Made by a program: the position numbers and the translations under genes. 34,096 bases of DNA from Perkinsus chesapeaki ATCC PRA-425 (lineage: Eukaryota; Protista; Perkinsozoa), in assembly GCA_013115145.1 (NCBI GenBank), contig JAAPAO010000385.1, positions 1 to 34,096 on the forward strand, given 5' to 3'. The notes under the pieces are model-generated. The model worked only from the letters and a program-made list of their open reading frames with translations. It made no database searches and was not told where the DNA came from. Shown in pieces: positions 31,490-34,096 of the stretch. Positions within the stretch are counted from its first letter, which is position 1. Every line of letters starts with the position of its first letter.

Positions 31490-34096
31490 CAGGTATCCCG
31501 TAACACTATCAACCTTTTGACATGTAGGACATGTAGTCTTAACCCATCGTCATTTTGTGCCCATCTTAGAGAACCAGCACCATCGTTGTAGCCAGGACTT
31601 TAACTGCCGCCCAGAAGCATGTGTGCGCTTATGACCTTCTTGAACAACCCAGTCGATCCAAGATGAAGGAATAACCAGTTGTCGTTGCAGACGTCCGTAT
31701 TCATCAAATCGCTGTTCACGGTAGAGAATGTTGTCGGTTTTAACGAATCCTTGCTGTCCCTCAAGAGATATACACGCCGGACACCTTTCCTGATCTTTTA
31801 CTTTTTGAAGATTAAAGTCAAGACCGAAAAGACAAGGGGCAACCACAAACTCCAGAGTATTTTGTTCATCCTCGTCGACCGCCCGGAGTTGATCAGACTG
31901 ATCATTGTCGACGATAGTAGTTATAGCTTGGTGTAAAGGATCTGGACCCATATGAATGCCACGGTCTTCACGGTTATCATCACCATGCACACCTCGAGCT
32001 ATCGCATCGATATAGGATACACAACCATCTCGGCTGCTCCATAAAGTAACCCAAATCGTTCTTTGATAAAGTAGCAGGCAGCGATACTCTTCTTCAGAGT
32101 CAGCGTAGTCCAGCTCGATTTCGTTCCACCATGCCGAAGAGTTCTTATTGTCACTCACCACAGCCAAAGGAGTAGTGACCAGAGGTAAATTACGAGCAAC
32201 AGCACGTATCATACCACGCCTTTCTTTCACCGTAGATGACCGTTTAATCTCCTGCGGAGAGAGTGTATTTTCATCTACAGCTAAAGGAAGCATAATAGCA
32301 ACTCGATCAACAGGAAGTATAATACCGAGTCCATGACAGACCTGCTTGGTGAGCTGATTAAGCTCCACTAACCATCGTGGACCACCCGGAATGACTTCTA
32401 TAAGCTGATCGGCCTGGACACTGAAGATCTGTAACAACATGCAAGACCAGGCGTCGTTGTTAGTATCCACCACAAGGCAGCTACCAACAACAGGCGTTTG
32501 AGAAGAACCACCGATAACATATAATGATAGCAAACCAGAGAAATAACTGCGGCATAATGTCTCGATATGCTTCTCGGCCTCACTTGTGGGCATAGCAGTA
32601 AGTTTATGCAGGCGCTGGAGAACTTCGTGAGAACCATGTGGTACCCACCTTTTCAACCATTGGAAGCGGCCTGCCCAAGACCGGATCTATTTTCTCTTTG
32701 CTTCATCATCAGCGATGTTGTTATACTCCTTCATACTTTCAGCTACAGCTTTCTCTGAAAGTCCAAACTCTTCTTTGATAACTAGGGATACTTCAATACC
32801 TTGGCATATCAGGCCACAGAAAGTTACACGTTCTCCGCGCTCACTTTTTGCCTCGCTCACTGAGAAATGATGTCGGCGACCAACTATAGTAACCAATTCT
32901 TGTCCAGAGATGGCGTCGGCCTCACAGGAAGCACCTCCCAGGATATCATCCTGAAAATTCTCGACCTTAAAGTCTAAAGACTTGTTAGTAGCCTCAAGTC
33001 TTACTTCTCGTAGATAATGGTCAACACACCGAGTGAATATAATTGAGGAATAGCGCCATCCTTGAACCAAAAAGAGGGGTTGGAAATAATGAAGACCCCC
33101 TTCACCGTCATATGCTCTCACAGTAAAATAACTGAGCATACCTTCGGGCGTTAGTACGGATGAAAATGCATCTTCCAAATCCACCTTAAAGTAGATCTTC
33201 CGGTAACACGGCGGCCAATTCAGTAGAATATTCAAAGCATTTTGCTGGCTTTGAGTAGTAAATGGTGGTGGCGTTGACTCTGAAATATCTCTATCAGCAG
33301 CCCACCAATATCGTCGTTCAGTATCTTCACTACCTGGCACCACCATAAGCTTCATAGAGTTGATTCTTCGGCAATCAACCGTAACACGGAATCTCTTCCT
33401 TATAGCAAGATCGGTCATCTGCTCAATGTTTCCAAGAGGCTGGTCGGGATTCTTGTCAACAAGAACTACCTCATTCACATGATTGATCTGATCTGGACCA
33501 ACTTCTCGCATCTTGCCTTCGCCACAGGCAATCAGTAACCTACGGTAGATAGCAATCTGCCGAGATCTAGGACGGCGTCTAATAGCCTCACAGAAAGGTT
33601 GCATGTAAGCATTCTCAAGAACTTGACAATGAGCAACATAACGACCATCAGCATGGCATTCTATTGACGATGTTGTCGAGACCGTTTTCACAGTATCCTC
33701 ATCAGACAGGATAGTAACTTTAGAATGCCCCCCAGTGCGTACAGAGTAGTAAAACTTAACGAGAGCATTCAATAAAGTCGAGCACTGAGCAAGCAGAGCA
33801 CTTCCTAATATTACATCAGGAGTAAGACCATCAATAATCTTGCATACACTCGTGCTAATGAAAACATCCTCAGAAGAACATAGCTTAATCTCACACTGTC
33901 CATCTGCATTCACAGAGTGACCATTGCCAAAAAGAAACACCTGCAGCATCATTGAGTTCCTTCTCGAGTATGCCTTCTGAAACCAATGCTGCAAACATTC
34001 TGCGGGACATATATAGAAATCCACGGGCACCCGAATCAATTAGAACTTGAACACGAGCCCCGGGCCCTGACTGCCTTAGAATCACATCAATCGTGG
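31490..34096 (-). mobile_element. pol: Degenerate LTR-type retrotransposon pol (protease-RT-RNase H-integrase zinc finger), open at the window end
   Basis: Protease VLIDSGA; RT motifs VVLVDK..RVTVDCRRIN, FKVDLEDAF, LVQGWRYSS, FQDDIL, VTFCG; RNase H acidic residues VDT, VEL, VDE, IDAIAR; integrase H-H-C-C (EGHKRTH...CPTC). Disrupted by a frameshift near 33930 and in-frame stops at 32687-32689, 31550-31552 and 31487-31489. Confidence 0.85.

Overview
Eukaryotic, alveolate-like genomic DNA. Perkinsus-like origin is an inference from gene content and the many ~40-60 nt GT-AG introns. Host genes: a secreted S10 serine carboxypeptidase (-), an EF-hand protein (+), two intronless Aa_trans/AAAP amino-acid transporters (-), three tandem V-ATPase subunit a genes (-) that share one intron position, a CSC1/OSCA/TMEM63-family channel (+) and an MKS1-like B9 protein (+). 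There are two pseudogene fragments at 12.5-14.4 kb and a degenerate, very divergent LTR-type retrotransposon pol (PR-RT-RH-IN zinc finger, -) that runs off the right end. The most unusual signal is non-coding: a recurrent 22-bp scar of fixed geometry, T[1-7] + reverse-complement(T[1-8]) + T[2-8], i.e. a net +14 bp at an 8-bp target T. I found 5 perfect, 3 one-mismatch and 3 two-mismatch copies by eye; about 1e-4 perfect copies are expected by chance. One pair is stacked at a single site, and one scar sits in a pseudogene whose intact paralog shows the empty site. The geometry is what hairpin-forming excision of an 8-bp-TSD (hAT-type) DNA transposon would leave if the two opened hairpins were joined through their 8-nt complementarity. 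No transposase is visible in the window. Intron/exon models were built by hand and the 5' ends of the EF-hand, CSC1 and B9 genes are uncertain.
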